From assembly GCA_026387335.1 (NCBI GenBank), contig JAPLLX010000003.1, forward strand, positions 138,230 to 202,229: a stretch of DNA of 64,000 nucleotides. Direction: 5' to 3'. Both the position numbers and the translations under genes were made by a program. How positions within the stretch are numbered: position 1 is the stretch's first letter; the number at the start of each line of letters is the position of its first letter. Under the pieces are notes generated by a model that was not told where the DNA came from, did no database searches, and saw only the letters and a list, made by a program, of their open reading frames with translations. Positions 28,429 to 39,007 of the stretch are shown piece after piece. Origin of the DNA: Candidatus Omnitrophota bacterium. Lineage in GTDB: Bacteria > Omnitrophota > Gorgyraeia > Gygaellales > Profunditerraquicolaceae.

Positions 28429-30861
28429 TTAAATTCTCTTCAGAAAAGTATCGGCCAGGCTCTTAATAATATCGGTTACCGCCGCCTGAAATCTATATTT
28501 CGGCTCCTTAAGCGTTCCGCTGATTTTAATCTCCGCGAACTTCCCGGACTGGCCGATTATGGCGGTAGCCACATCTTTAAATGTCCCGGTTAGAGGGACA
28601 AATTCATCAAGGATATTAACATTCAGCTTAGCCAATATGGAACCATCAAACCCTATTTTCACCGGGCCGGACAGATTCACCATGTTGCTTTTTAATTCCA
28701 GTTTATCGCTAAATATAGATTTATCCTGTATATTGAACGCGCAGGAACCTTCGTTAAATGTAACATTGGCTAAATCCTGCGAAAATAATAATTTACCCAT
28801 TCCTTTAAACAAATCCAATTCCCAGAGCTTGCCTTTAGTGATAGCTATCGTTCCGGACCCTTGAGAACCGGCGAGGTCTCCTAAGAGCCCGCTGGCCTTA
28901 ACCTCTCCCTGGATGATCCCGGAGATGTCCTTGGCCTTGGCCGGAGTATCCAGCTTGAGCTCTTCAATCCGGACATCCTGAATATTGGCGTTAAGCAAAT
29001 AAGGATAATTGCCGGATTTTAAATTTGTCCTGAAAAAAGCGTTCAATGACCCGCTGTATAAAGAGAGGCGCAGAGATGAAATACTGGCTATACCTGCCTC
29101 CTGAATGTAATTTATAAACAGGTTTTGGCCTTTTAAGCCATACAGAGAAACAGCGTCTGCGGCAACCTCGACATTAATGGCGCAACCCGCCAAATCATTA
29201 GCCTGGCCGGTTAAATTAAATTTAGCGTTAAGCTTCCCCTCAGGATTAGCCTTATCCAACTGCTCCCTGAACTTACGCAAAGGAACTTTTAAATCCTTTA
29301 AATCAATAAGCAGCTCTCCTGCCAGGTCAACTTGCGGACCGGAATCATCCGCGCTATCAATATTACCGGAAACTTGAAACTCTGAATTTAAATAACTTCC
29401 CGAACACTGAAGAACTTTGAGTAATTTATTATTAAAATTTAGGTCAGAGGCGAGCGAAATTTCGCTGGATTTTAAGTCAACGCCAAGAAGTAAAGCCGGA
29501 CTGAGTTTGTCTTTTGAAAACGACACCTTTCCGTTAATCCCTTGTATTGGATAATTTATATTCTTTAAATTCAGCCCCGCGTCAATAAATTCAATATAAC
29601 CGCTTGTCTCTAAATCACCTGCTGCGGAAAGCCTGCCCTTAGCCGCAAAATACAAATTCCCTTTTCCGTCAATAGTCCCGGGGAAATCAAATTTAAATTT
29701 ATCTTTTAAGAGCCCCTGTAAAGAAGCCAGGTTTAAGCCGGAAACAACATTTACATCTACATAAGGATCGCTAAAATTATCCAAGGTAGCCTGGCCTTTA
29801 AATGGCAGGCCCAGAACAACGGCAGACAGATCCTGCGTTTTTAGCCCGGAGTTGTTAAAAGTTACTGTCGCATTAACAGCGCTGATCTTATCAATAAATT
29901 CCACTCCGGAAATTTCTGTGCCCTTGATCTGGCAGCTCCCGGAATATTTCAGGGTTTTAGCGCCCAGGTCATACTCCAAAACAGCCCTTAATTCCGGGCT
30001 GGTTTTAATGCCGATATTATTTAGCCGGATATTTAAATCATTCCCTTGCGCCTGTAAGTCGGCAGAAAGCAGGTTCTCCTTAACTCTTAAATCAACCAGC
30101 GCGTTTATGAGCCCTGTAGGAATTTTTAACCCTGAGCCCTGATAATAAACGGATAATTCATCAGGAGAGAAATTCAGGATATTTAATTTAGCGCTTAATT
30201 CCCGCTGCGGGATTTTAAATTCCCCGGAAGCCCGGATTTTTATTGGCTGGACAGCCGGGACAATAGCGGAAAGATTGAATTTTACCGCTGCCGGCAATGA
30301 TAAATAAGCCGTCAAATTCAGATTCTTTACGTTTTTAATAAAAGGCTTATCTAATGTAGAATCCCGGAAAATAATTTCACTATTGGATAGGTTCACCCGG
30401 TAAACATAAAAGCTGAATCCTTTTGACGGATGCGCCGGAGCTTTAGGCGAAGCTGTACTTACAGAGGAAGTTGCGGGAGGGGTTTGGGGAGAAAACAGGC
30501 TGGCTAAATTAAAGGTATTGTCCTTTCGCCTCTCAAGAAATACTCGCGCGGATTTAATGCTTATATTGGGGATAATGATCTGCTTACGCAGGAACGCGAA
30601 AGGTAAAACAATACAGGAAGCTTCTTTTACCTCTATCAACGGGTTTTCTTCCTGATAAATATTCAGGTCGGTCAAAACCAGCCCTTTAAATATATTTACC
30701 TTGATAGCCCCTAGAGTGGCCCTTGAGCCGGTGTTTTCTTCAATACCCTTAATAATCAGAGAATGGATTGTTTTAGGCAGATATACATTATTTAAATAAA
30801 CTATGGCTAGGGTGAATAAAACAACTAAAACAATCAGGCTTATAATTATGATCTTCTTCAT
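28429..30861 (-). CDS. AsmA-family (TamB-like) outer-membrane biogenesis protein
   Basis: An N-terminal TM anchor begins an 810-aa repetitive beta-rich protein starting MKKIIIISLIVLVVLFTLAIVYLNNVYLPK, as in AsmA. Confidence 0.65.
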   Translation of the reverse strand: MKKIIIISLIVLVVLFTLAIVYLNNVYLPKTIHSLIIKGIEENTGSRATLGAIKVNIFKGLVLTDLNIYQEENPLIEVKEASCIVLPFAFLRKQIIIPNISIKSARVFLERRKDNTFNLASLFSPQTPPATSSVSTASPKAPAHPSKGFSFYVYRVNLSNSEIIFRDSTLDKPFIKNVKNLNLTAYLSLPAAVKFNLSAIVPAVQPIKIRASGEFKIPQRELSAKLNILNFSPDELSVYYQGSGLKIPTGLINALVDLRVKENLLSADLQAQGNDLNIRLNNIGIKTSPELRAVLEYDLGAKTLKYSGSCQIKGTEISGVEFIDKISAVNATVTFNNSGLKTQDLSAVVLGLPFKGQATLDNFSDPYVDVNVVSGLNLASLQGLLKDKFKFDFPGTIDGKGNLYFAAKGRLSAAGDLETSGYIEFIDAGLNLKNINYPIQGINGKVSFSKDKLSPALLLGVDLKSSEISLASDLNFNNKLLKVLQCSGSYLNSEFQVSGNIDSADDSGPQVDLAGELLIDLKDLKVPLRKFREQLDKANPEGKLNAKFNLTGQANDLAGCAINVEVAADAVSLYGLKGQNLFINYIQEAGIASISSLRLSLYSGSLNAFFRTNLKSGNYPYLLNANIQDVRIEELKLDTPAKAKDISGIIQGEVKASGLLGDLAGSQGSGTIAITKGKLWELDLFKGMGKLLFSQDLANVTFNEGSCAFNIQDKSIFSDKLELKSNMVNLSGPVKIGFDGSILAKLNVNILDEFVPLTGTFKDVATAIIGQSGKFAEIKISGTLKEPKYRFQAAVTDIIKSLADTFLKRI

Positions 30862-32303
30862 CTGGCCTTACTTTTTATAAACTTAGACGCCGCCTTAAGG
30901 GCCTCTTCCTTGCTTTTTATTTTACCGATCGCCTGCAACTCTTCCAGTTCGGATAAGATCTTACCGATTAACTTGGAAGGGCTCAATTTAAATTTCCTCA
31001 TTATATCATTACCGTTAACCAACCGCTTCTTTTTCTTTTCCTTGCCCTTCTTTAAATATTCTTTGATTAAAAGCCCGACCACCCGCTCATGCTGCTTACG
31101 GGCATTATTAGTAGTCAAGGGCCCTTTAGTCGCTCTCTGGTCAGCTAACGATAATAATAATACGGATAATGCCTCGAGCCCCGCGTCCCGAAAATAGCGG
31201 AATTTCGCCCGCTCAGTCGGATGCTCGCTATCCGCCAGATATCCCGGCCTAAGGTGCCAAAGGACCATTTTATGCAAAGAATGCAGCTCTTCGTTAGAAA
31301 GTTTCAGCCTTTTTCCGATTTGCGCGCTTAAAAACAAACCTTCTCTTTCATGGCCATGAAAAGTGGTCCGGCCTTTTTCCCGGCGCATAGTCGCGGGCTT
31401 TCCGATATCATGCAGGAATAGACCCAATCTTAATAACTGCCGGCGGCTTCTTTGAGCGGAAATAATTTCATCCAGATACTCCTGGATTTCTTTTTCCTTT
31501 ATATCTTTTAACAAATGATCCAACTGCCGGATAGATTCTAAGGTATGCTGCCAGACATCCAGATGATGATACGGGCCCTGGCCGATGCCGCGCATCTTTT
31601 TTATTTCCGGGAAAATAATCTCTAAAATTTTTAATTCATCCAAGACCTGAAAACAGGCGAATGTTTTTTCTGTATCAAAAATTTTAAACAACTCATCGCG
31701 TATACGCTCAAACGAAACAACCGCTAATTTTTTCTTCTCTTTTTTGGCTAGGGCTAACGTTTCTTTATCAATTTCAAAACCCAATATGCAAGCAAAGCTA
31801 AAGGCGCGTAAAATACGCAAAGGGTCTTCGCTAAAAGATTGCTTATTCACTATCCGGATAAACTTTTTCTTTAAATCCTCCCTGGCACCGTAAGGATCAA
31901 CCAAAAATCCACTCAGATCTTTTGGGTCAAAGGCATCATCCAGATTTAAGGCCATTGAATTTATGGTAAAATCGCGATGTTTTAAATCTTCCTGCAGGTC
32001 TTTACCGCGAAAATCCGAAAAATCAAAGGTATAAATCTGGCTGCCTGTCTTTTTTACTACGCGGCAGGCGCCATGCTCTTTATCCAAAACCACAAAACCC
32101 GCTCGCATCTTCTGGGCCAGGCTCCTGCCAAAACTTATTGAGCGCGATTTAATGGCAAAATCAAAATCCGGATTTGCTTTTTCTCTTTCCAAAATAAGGT
32201 CGCGCAGCGCTCCCCCCACCAAATACAGCTTCACCCGCCTGCATTTGGCGAAGCTATGAACTTCTTTAAGAATATTTTTATCTTTTAATGTAAATCTAAG
32301 CAT
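30858..32303 (-). CDS. cca: CCA-adding tRNA nucleotidyltransferase with HD domain
   Basis: YLVGGALRDLIL is the pol-beta nucleotidyltransferase head. FLHDIGKP...HGHEREG is the HD domain. Confidence 0.8.
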   Translation of the reverse strand: MLRFTLKDKNILKEVHSFAKCRRVKLYLVGGALRDLILEREKANPDFDFAIKSRSISFGRSLAQKMRAGFVVLDKEHGACRVVKKTGSQIYTFDFSDFRGKDLQEDLKHRDFTINSMALNLDDAFDPKDLSGFLVDPYGAREDLKKKFIRIVNKQSFSEDPLRILRAFSFACILGFEIDKETLALAKKEKKKLAVVSFERIRDELFKIFDTEKTFACFQVLDELKILEIIFPEIKKMRGIGQGPYHHLDVWQHTLESIRQLDHLLKDIKEKEIQEYLDEIISAQRSRRQLLRLGLFLHDIGKPATMRREKGRTTFHGHEREGLFLSAQIGKRLKLSNEELHSLHKMVLWHLRPGYLADSEHPTERAKFRYFRDAGLEALSVLLLSLADQRATKGPLTTNNARKQHERVVGLLIKEYLKKGKEKKKKRLVNGNDIMRKFKLSPSKLIGKILSELEELQAIGKIKSKEEALKAASKFIKSKAR

Positions 32304-32512
32304 AATATTTATTATCTTATAGATATTTTGCTTGAGGGTATTGTTAAGCGTGCAATTAGAAATTTTTCGGCAATTGTGTGCAAGGCTTTACGGCGAGTGT
32401 AGACAATACCCTTAAAGCGTGAGGAACCTTGCGCTGCCGGAGCGAGCCGTAAACCGTAGCACACGGCGAAAAATTTCGCACGCGGACAATACCCGAAAAG
32501 CAAAATATCATA
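32304..32512 (-). ncRNA. structured intergenic region (candidate 5' leader / small RNA) upstream of cca
   Basis: One 9-mer gggtattgt (32336) is complementary to two copies of acaataccc (about 32416 and 32484). The additional hairpin gcgaaa/tttcgc supports alternative pairings. Confidence 0.3.
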
Positions 32513-32923
32513 TTATTTATCTTGATTGAATGTCGCTGACTGCTTGATGATCTCATCAGCGACAAATATAGGCGCGTGCGCCCTTACTGCCAGCGCTACG
32601 CTATCAGACGGCCGGGCATCAATGATCTTTTCAACTCCGGATGCGGTCTTTAAGACTACTTTAGCGTGAAAGGTATTCTCTTCCAGTTTATCAATGATGA
32701 TCCTTTCAATGGTCGCGTCCAGATAACCTATTGTGTTATGCAATAAATCGTGAGTCAGGGGGCGCGGAGGCTGGAACCCGCTTAATTTTAACTTTATCGC
32801 CGAGGCCTCGGCCAAACCTATAACAATGGGTAAGACCCGCTCTCCGTTTTTTTCCCTTAAAACAATAAGCTGGTCATGCCTCTTTTCATCAATGACAATT
32901 TTATTTAATTCCATCTCGATCAT
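32513..32923 (-). CDS. bifunctional nuclease (DUF151/BFN) family protein
   Basis: LPIVIGLAEASAIKLKLSGFQPPRPLTHDL is the DUF151 signature. Confidence 0.7.
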   Translation of the reverse strand: MIEMELNKIVIDEKRHDQLIVLREKNGERVLPIVIGLAEASAIKLKLSGFQPPRPLTHDLLHNTIGYLDATIERIIIDKLEENTFHAKVVLKTASGVEKIIDARPSDSVALAVRAHAPIFVADEIIKQSATFNQDK

Positions 32924-32936
32924 AATAATCCCTTTT

Positions 32937-33428
32937 TTATTTAAGCTTCTTGCCCGGTTTAACTAAACGGGGTTTTTCTTTCCCTAAAATATCCCGCAAT
33001 TCCAGCATAAACTGTCCCACATCCTTGAATTGCCGGTAAACCGAGGCAAAGCGCACGTAAGCGACATCATCTAAAAGTTTTAATTTCTCCATCACCAGCT
33101 CGCCTATACGGCTGGATAAAACTTCCCGGTCAGATTTCTTCTGGATCGAACGCTCAACCCAAGTTATAATTTCTTCCATCTTTTCCATGCTCACCGGCCT
33201 TTTTTCGCAGGCGCGGATGATCCCGGCGAGGATTTTTTTGCGGTCAAATGGCTCCCGGCGGCCGTCTTTTTTTATCACCATAAGCGAAACTTCTTCAATG
33301 TATTCATAGGTAGTAAAACGTTTGCCGCATTTAAGGCACTCTCTGCGCCGCCTGACCGCGGATTCTTCCGCCGTAGAGCGCGAATCAACTACTTTATCTT
33401 CTTTATATCCGCAAAACGGGCATTTCAT
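32937..33428 (-). CDS. nrdR: transcriptional repressor NrdR
   Basis: [17 protein letters not shown]...[12 protein letters not shown] is a zinc ribbon followed by an ATP-cone. Confidence 0.9.
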   Translation of the reverse strand: MKCPFCGYKEDKVVDSRSTAEESAVRRRRECLKCGKRFTTYEYIEEVSLMVIKKDGRREPFDRKKILAGIIRACEKRPVSMEKMEEIITWVERSIQKKSDREVLSSRIGELVMEKLKLLDDVAYVRFASVYRQFKDVGQFMLELRDILGKEKPRLVKPGKKLK

Positions 33429-33889
33429 TTTATTTTTTTTATTTTTATTTTTGCTTCTTTCAGGAAATCCAGCGCCATCTTATCAGGGTAGCCCTCGGCA
33501 ATGACAATTTCTTTGATCCCGGCATTAATAATCATTTTAACGCATATGATGCAGGGCTGGCAGGTCGCGTACATCGTACTCCCCTTAACGCTTATTCCGT
33601 ATAAAGAAGCCTGGATTAACGCGTTTTGCTCCGCGTGTAACGCCCGGCAGAGCTCATGTCGCTCTCCCGAAGGAATTTTTAATTTCTGGCGCATACAACC
33701 TACATCCGCGCAATGTTTTAATCCCGAAGGCGCGCCGTTATAACCCGTGGCCAGAATCCTCTTATCTTTTACCAGGACCGCACCTACTGAGCGGCGCAAA
33801 CACGTTGCCCGCTTGGCCACAAGTTTAGCCACATCTAAAAAATACTCATCCCAGGTTGGGCGCTTATGGGTACTAATCTTTTTGCTCAT
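33425..33889 (-). CDS. dCMP deaminase (ComEB-like cytidine/deoxycytidylate deaminase)
   Basis: HAEQNAL...[11 protein letters not shown] contains the HxE and PCxxC zinc ligands. Confidence 0.8.
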   Translation of the reverse strand: MSKKISTHKRPTWDEYFLDVAKLVAKRATCLRRSVGAVLVKDKRILATGYNGAPSGLKHCADVGCMRQKLKIPSGERHELCRALHAEQNALIQASLYGISVKGSTMYATCQPCIICVKMIINAGIKEIVIAEGYPDKMALDFLKEAKIKIKKIK

Positions 33890-35139
33890 TTTATTTTAGT
33901 TAGCTCCGGGTATAATGGAAATCTCTTAGTTAAATTTAGAACCTCTTGCCTGATGGCTTGGATAACCTTAGGATCGTCGCTCGCCTCGATCGCGTCATTT
34001 ATAAATTGGCTGATCTTACGCATATGAAATTCTTTTAAACCGCGGGTGGTTACCGCGGGAGTCCCGATGCGTATACCGCTAGTAACCCCTGCTCCCTTTT
34101 TATCAAAAGGTATAAGATTTTTATTGACCGTTATATTGACCTGCCCCAGGATATTGGAGGCATCTTTTCCGGTGACTCCTTTTTCATTTAAATCCGCCAA
34201 TAATAGGTGCGTATCTGTGCCTGCGGAAACTATGCGGAATCCTTTTTGAGCTAAATCCTTAGCCAGCTCTTTGCAATTTTTGACCACCTGCCTCTGATAT
34301 CTTTTAAATTTGGGGCTCATTGCTTCCTTAAAGGCCACGGCTTTAGCCGCAATCACATGCATCAGCGGGCCGCCCTGGATTCCGGGAAAAATCTGGGCAT
34401 CAATTTTTTTGCCGAACTCTTTGCGGCAAAGAATAAATCCGCCGCGGGGGCCGCGCAGGGTTTTATGTGTCGTAGAGCTAACGAATTCCGCGTAAGGCAC
34501 AGGCGAGGTATGGACGCCGGCAGCGACCAGCCCGGCAATATGGGCCATATCCACGAATAAATACGCGCCGACCTTATCACAAATTTTTCTAAAAGCCTTA
34601 AAATCTAATTTTCTTGGGTAAGCTGAAGCTCCGGCAAGGATCATCTTGGGCTTATGTTTTTTGGCTAAATTCATAATCACATCGTAATCCAGCATTTCGG
34701 TTTTACGGTCCACGCCATAACCGACCATCTTAAAAAACCTGCCGGAAAAATTATGCGGATGGCCATGGGTCAGATGTCCGCCGGCAGCCAGATCCATCGC
34801 TAAAACCGTATCCCCGGGCTCTAATGCCGCAAAATAAATCGCCATATTCGCCTGTGAACCCGAATGCGCCTGCACATTGGCGTATTCAGCGCCGAATATT
34901 TTTTTGGCCCGCTCAATCGCCAGGCGTTCTACCGCATCCATATTCTCGCATCCGCCATACCAGCGATGCTCGGGGTAACCTTCGGCATATTTATTGGTCA
35001 GGACCGACCCCTGGGCCTCAAGCACAGCCAATGAGGTAAAATTCTCCGAGGCAATCAGCTCTAAATTCTCTTCCTGCCTTTTGATCTCTTCTTTAATACA
35101 CGCGTAAATTTCCGGATCCACTGCTTTCAAGTGTTTCAC
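33886..35139 (-). CDS. glyA: serine hydroxymethyltransferase
   Basis: [16 protein letters not shown] and [11 protein letters not shown] are present, and the protein is full length. Confidence 0.95.
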   Translation of the reverse strand: MKHLKAVDPEIYACIKEEIKRQEENLELIASENFTSLAVLEAQGSVLTNKYAEGYPEHRWYGGCENMDAVERLAIERAKKIFGAEYANVQAHSGSQANMAIYFAALEPGDTVLAMDLAAGGHLTHGHPHNFSGRFFKMVGYGVDRKTEMLDYDVIMNLAKKHKPKMILAGASAYPRKLDFKAFRKICDKVGAYLFVDMAHIAGLVAAGVHTSPVPYAEFVSSTTHKTLRGPRGGFILCRKEFGKKIDAQIFPGIQGGPLMHVIAAKAVAFKEAMSPKFKRYQRQVVKNCKELAKDLAQKGFRIVSAGTDTHLLLADLNEKGVTGKDASNILGQVNITVNKNLIPFDKKGAGVTSGIRIGTPAVTTRGLKEFHMRKISQFINDAIEASDDPKVIQAIRQEVLNLTKRFPLYPELTKIK

Positions 35140-35594
35140 TTTCTGCTCCTTATCTTTTTCTCGATTTCTTTTAGCTGATTAAGCCTGCGCTTATGCCGGC
35201 CGCCTTGAAATTTTGTATTTAGCCAAACGTCGACTATTTTCTTGGCCAATCCGGGTTTGACGAATAACGCGCCAAAAACCAGGATATTACTATCATTGTG
35301 TTCGCGGGATAACCGCGCTACTTTTACATTAGCGCATAACGCCGCGCGCGCTCCGGGGACGCGGTTAGCGACCATAGAATTACCTATGCCGCTTTTACAG
35401 ATTAAAATCCCTCTTTTAAATTTGCCCTCTCCGATTTTACTGGCCAGGTTATAGGCAAACTCCGGGTAATCGCATCTTTTTTCGCTAAAAGCCCCCAGGT
35501 CCTTGACTACCAACCCTTTATTTTTTAGATACGGTTTTAAGCTCTCTTTTAAAGCAAATCCGCCGTGATCGCAAGCTATAAGAATAGTTTTCAT
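35136..35594 (-). CDS. rpiB: ribose-5-phosphate isomerase B
   Basis: [19 protein letters not shown] is the RpiB/LacAB N-terminus. Confidence 0.85.
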   Translation of the reverse strand: MKTILIACDHGGFALKESLKPYLKNKGLVVKDLGAFSEKRCDYPEFAYNLASKIGEGKFKRGILICKSGIGNSMVANRVPGARAALCANVKVARLSREHNDSNILVFGALFVKPGLAKKIVDVWLNTKFQGGRHKRRLNQLKEIEKKIRSRK

Positions 35595-36652
35595 ATAAGT
35601 TTACTCACCCTTTCCAAAGCCTCTTTTATGGAAATAAATATCTGTTCGTAATTATCCTGGGGCCTACCCACCGGGTCGGAAATATCCAGATTATTTTCAT
35701 CTATTTTAGCAAATTCTTTTAACAAAAACACCCTATTTTTTACATCGGGAGCCAACTTTATTATAGCGCCTTCATGCATCTTCTCCATAACCAGGATAAG
35801 GTCTGAACTCCTGACCAACTCTTTAGTTACTTCCTGCGAAATATGCCCGGACACATCTATTCCTTCCCTGGCTAAAACCTCCCGCGCGCCCATAGACGGG
35901 CCTATCCCGGAAAGCGTCGTTACTCCGGCTGAAAACACCTCCACATCCTCCCTGTGTTGCTCCCGCAGCATTTTCTTAAAGAGGGCTTCAGCGATTACCG
36001 AACGGCAGGTATTACCGGTGCAGACAAAAAGAATGTTTTTCTTCTGGATAACCTTAGTTATATCATCCTGGCTTATCGCGCCTATTCTTAAAACCTGCGG
36101 CGGCTCAACCGTAAAATCAACAATGGAAGATTCCAGCCCCAGTTTTACCGGCCCGGCGTCAATGGCCAGCTCGACCAGACCTCCTAAATCCCGGATCGCT
36201 TCTGCAAAATTCAGCGGCGCGGCTTTTCCGGAAAGGTTTGCCGACGGAAGCGCTAGCGGATAACCTACTGCGGCGATAACCTTGAGGGCAATCGCGTTAT
36301 CCGGCATACGCAGGCCCACGCTAGACTGGTTAATCCCTTTTAAGATTAAAGTCAGCGGCCCCGGCCAAAATTTATGCATCAGTTTATAAGCAGCCGGCGG
36401 GATATCTTGAGCCAGCTCTTCTACCCTCTCTTTTTTTTCAATAGCTATTGAGAAAGGCTTACTTCTAGGCCGTTTCTTGATTTCAAATAATCTATCTAAC
36501 GCCTTATTGTCCAACATACTCGCGGCTAAGCCATAGACTGTCTCGGTGGGAATTATGACTAAACCGCCGGACTTTAAAACATCGGCAGCCTCGCGGATAT
36601 ATTCTTCCTGAATCTTTAAAGGGTCAATTTTGATTATTTTGGCAGGACTCAT
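35591..36652 (-). CDS. L-threonylcarbamoyladenylate synthase (YrdC/TsaC domain) fused to a low-molecular-weight protein (Tyr/Arg) phosphatase domain
   Basis: The N-terminal VIIPTETVYGLAASMLDNKALDRLFEIKKRP is a YrdC fold. The C-terminal ILFVCTGNTCRSVIAEALF is the LMW-PTP CX5R P-loop. Confidence 0.75.
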   Translation of the reverse strand: MSPAKIIKIDPLKIQEEYIREAADVLKSGGLVIIPTETVYGLAASMLDNKALDRLFEIKKRPRSKPFSIAIEKKERVEELAQDIPPAAYKLMHKFWPGPLTLILKGINQSSVGLRMPDNAIALKVIAAVGYPLALPSANLSGKAAPLNFAEAIRDLGGLVELAIDAGPVKLGLESSIVDFTVEPPQVLRIGAISQDDITKVIQKKNILFVCTGNTCRSVIAEALFKKMLREQHREDVEVFSAGVTTLSGIGPSMGAREVLAREGIDVSGHISQEVTKELVRSSDLILVMEKMHEGAIIKLAPDVKNRVFLLKEFAKIDENNLDISDPVGRPQDNYEQIFISIKEALERVSKLI

Positions 36653-37131
36653 AATTTAATTTTTGTCTTGGTTACTTTAAGCCGCATATCTTTTCTATGC
36701 TTGGCTAATTTTACGGCTATTTTCTTATCGCTAATAGCTAAAATTTCTAAAGCGAATATCCCTGCGTTCCTGGCTCCGGATTTGCCTATAGCCATAGTCG
36801 CGACCGGAACTCCCGTAGGCATCTGCACTGTGGAAAGCAAAGAATCCAGTCCTTTTAAGGCTTTTGTCTCTATCGGAATACCGATTACGGGTAAATTTGT
36901 ATTACTGGCGATTACTCCAGCTAAGGCCGCGGCGCCTCCGGCAGCGGCAATAAAAACTTTTATGCCTTTTTTATGAGCCTCTTCCACATAACTGCGCAGA
37001 TTATCCGGCGCCCGGTGCGCGGATAAAACCCTGATATCAAAACCGACTTTAAATTTCTTCAAGACATTGATTGCCTCATTTACTGTCCCTAAATCCGATT
37101 CGCTGCCCATAACTATGCTTATTTTATTCAT
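36649..37131 (-). CDS. purE: N5-carboxyaminoimidazole ribonucleotide mutase
   Basis: ISIVMGSESD...AGGAAALAGV matches PurE. Confidence 0.9.
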   Translation of the reverse strand: MNKISIVMGSESDLGTVNEAINVLKKFKVGFDIRVLSAHRAPDNLRSYVEEAHKKGIKVFIAAAGGAAALAGVIASNTNLPVIGIPIETKALKGLDSLLSTVQMPTGVPVATMAIGKSGARNAGIFALEILAISDKKIAVKLAKHRKDMRLKVTKTKIKL

Positions 37132-37145
37132 CTCGCCTCCTTTAT

Positions 37146-38441
37146 CTAGCTAGCTTTTGCTCCTATATCCTTCCTATAATGCATCCCTTCAAAACTAATT
37201 TCCTTAACTGCCGCATAAGTATTATTAATTGCTTCTTTTATAGTTTTACCTAAGCCAGTTACTCCCAGGACCCTTCCGCCGCTAGTTAAATATTCTGTTT
37301 CCTGCTTCTGTCCCACATCATTTACTATCCGAGACTTAGTCCCGGCATGAAAAACTACCACATCTTTCATCTTAGCCACTTCATCCAATCCAAAAATTTC
37401 TTTATTCTTTTCATAATTTCCCGGATATCCGCCGGCGGCAGCTACAACGCAGACGCAGACGCGGCTATCCCATTCCAAATTCCTTACGCGGTTTAATTTC
37501 TGCTCAGTTGTTGCCAACATTATTTCCAGCAGATCCGATTTTAACCTGGGTAAAATCGCCTGGGTTTCCGGGTCGCCGAAACGCACATTAAACTCTAAAG
37601 TCTTTGGACCATCTTTAGTCAACATTATCCCGGCGTATAAGACTCCCCGGTAATCTATACCCTCTTTGACTAAACCGTCAATCGTGCGATAAATAACTTT
37701 ATCCAGGATTTCTTTAAATAATTCTTCTGTGACTATTGGCGCAGGTGAATATACGCCCATACCGCCGGTATTTGGGCCCTGGTCATTATCAAAAACTCTC
37801 TTATGATCCTGGGCTGAGGCTAAGGCAATTACTTCTTTGGAATCGGTGATTACTAAAATAGAGGCTTCCTGGCCCTGAAGGCACTCCTCAATTATAACTT
37901 TGTTGCCGGCAGCGCCAAAAACTTTATCCTGCATTATTGACTCAACCGCTTTTTTGGCTTCATCAACTGTTTTAGCTACCACTACACCTTTACCCGCAGC
38001 TAAACCATCGGCTTTAACTACGCAAGGGCTGCCAATCTTCTCTATATATTTCTTGGCCGCATCGGGATTATCAAAAACTTTAAATTCGGCAGTCGGCACT
38101 TTATATTTAGCCATCAGCTCTTTGGAAAAAACTTTGCTTGCTTCCATACGCGCCGCGGATTTATTCGGGCCGAATATCTTTAATTTATATTTAGCGAATT
38201 CATCAACAATTCCTAATGAAAGCGGGACTTCCGGCCCCACAACCGTTAAATCTATTTTTTCTTTTCTGGCAAAATCCAATAGTCCCGGAATATCATCAGC
38301 CTTAATATTAACGCATTCGGCGATTTGCGCGATTCCGGCATTGCCCGGCGCGCAAAATAACTTATCGCAGAGCTTGGACTGCGCAATCTTCCAGACTAGC
38401 GCATGTTCCCTGCCTCCAGATCCAATCACTAATATTTTCAT
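37146..38441 (-). CDS. purD: phosphoribosylamine--glycine ligase
   Basis: MKILVIGSGGREHAL is an ATP-grasp domain in PurD context. Confidence 0.9.
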   Translation of the reverse strand: MKILVIGSGGREHALVWKIAQSKLCDKLFCAPGNAGIAQIAECVNIKADDIPGLLDFARKEKIDLTVVGPEVPLSLGIVDEFAKYKLKIFGPNKSAARMEASKVFSKELMAKYKVPTAEFKVFDNPDAAKKYIEKIGSPCVVKADGLAAGKGVVVAKTVDEAKKAVESIMQDKVFGAAGNKVIIEECLQGQEASILVITDSKEVIALASAQDHKRVFDNDQGPNTGGMGVYSPAPIVTEELFKEILDKVIYRTIDGLVKEGIDYRGVLYAGIMLTKDGPKTLEFNVRFGDPETQAILPRLKSDLLEIMLATTEQKLNRVRNLEWDSRVCVCVVAAAGGYPGNYEKNKEIFGLDEVAKMKDVVVFHAGTKSRIVNDVGQKQETEYLTSGGRVLGVTGLGKTIKEAINNTYAAVKEISFEGMHYRKDIGAKAS

Positions 38442-38449
38442 ATTTAAAA

Positions 38450-38486
38450 GTCATTGCGAGTCCGCCATAGGCGGACGAAGCAATCC
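38450..38486. repeat. small palindromic hairpin element (copy a), immediately downstream of the cupin gene stop
   Basis: gtcattgcgag-TCCGCC-ata-GGCGGA-cgaagcaatcc. An inverted copy with compensatory stem changes lies at 40624-40659. Confidence 0.55.
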
Positions 38487-38491
38487 CTGAT

Positions 38492-38806
38492 TTAAGCCTT
38501 TATCATTACTAAAAGCATCTTAAAACGCTCTACAGCTTTTAAAGAATGCGTCTTATTCGCCGGCATAATAATTACTTCACCTGCTTTTAGGTTATGCTGC
38601 TTTCCGGCAATAGTAATTTCTGCCTTGCCGTCAAAGATATATACTAACGCGTCAAATGGCGCGGTATGTTCACTCAACCCCTGTCCCTTATCAAAGGCAA
38701 ACAAGGTCACCGTGCCCTTATCTTTCCTGATGACTTCTTTGCTGACAACAGAACCACCCTGATAATCCACCAAACTCACCAAGCTCTTCGCTTCTTCAAT
38801 ATTCAT
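38492..38806 (-). CDS. cupin-domain protein
   Basis: A 104-aa ORF with two beta-motifs (G(X)5HxH-like: GLSEHTAPFDALVYIFDGKAEI; GEVIIMPANKTHSL). Confidence 0.6.
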   Translation of the reverse strand: MNIEEAKSLVSLVDYQGGSVVSKEVIRKDKGTVTLFAFDKGQGLSEHTAPFDALVYIFDGKAEITIAGKQHNLKAGEVIIMPANKTHSLKAVERFKMLLVMIKA

Positions 38807-38842
38807 ATCTTACCTTACGCGGGGTCTGTCGAGCACACTCTT

Positions 38843-38961
38843 CGCAGGGACGCGTGATTTTTCCCAGCGTGAAAAATCACGCTCGGCTACTCGACTGCGC
38901 TCTTGCTAGTTCCTTTATAGGTGGCAAACCTTGCCCGCTCCGCCTGCGTTACGCCCTGCTC
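38843..38961. repeat. 119-bp inverted repeat, arm A of an IR pair bounding a two-gene cassette
   Basis: The reverse complement aligns to 40452-40570 at ~80% identity, including an identical 30-mer gagcagggcgtaacgcaggcggagcgggca. Compensatory substitutions preserve the inner hairpin (gtgattttt/aaaaatcac versus gcgattttcc/ggaaaatcg). Confidence 0.6.
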
Positions 38962-39007
38962 AAAGTGTGTCTCGCCACCCGCTAAAGGACAACTAAGTAT
39001 TATGTCC

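Noticed and set aside
32312-32565. 63- and 69-aa overlapping minus-strand ORFs upstream of cca
   Set aside because: They overlap each other in different frames, lack an SD, and lie in a region better explained as structured RNA.
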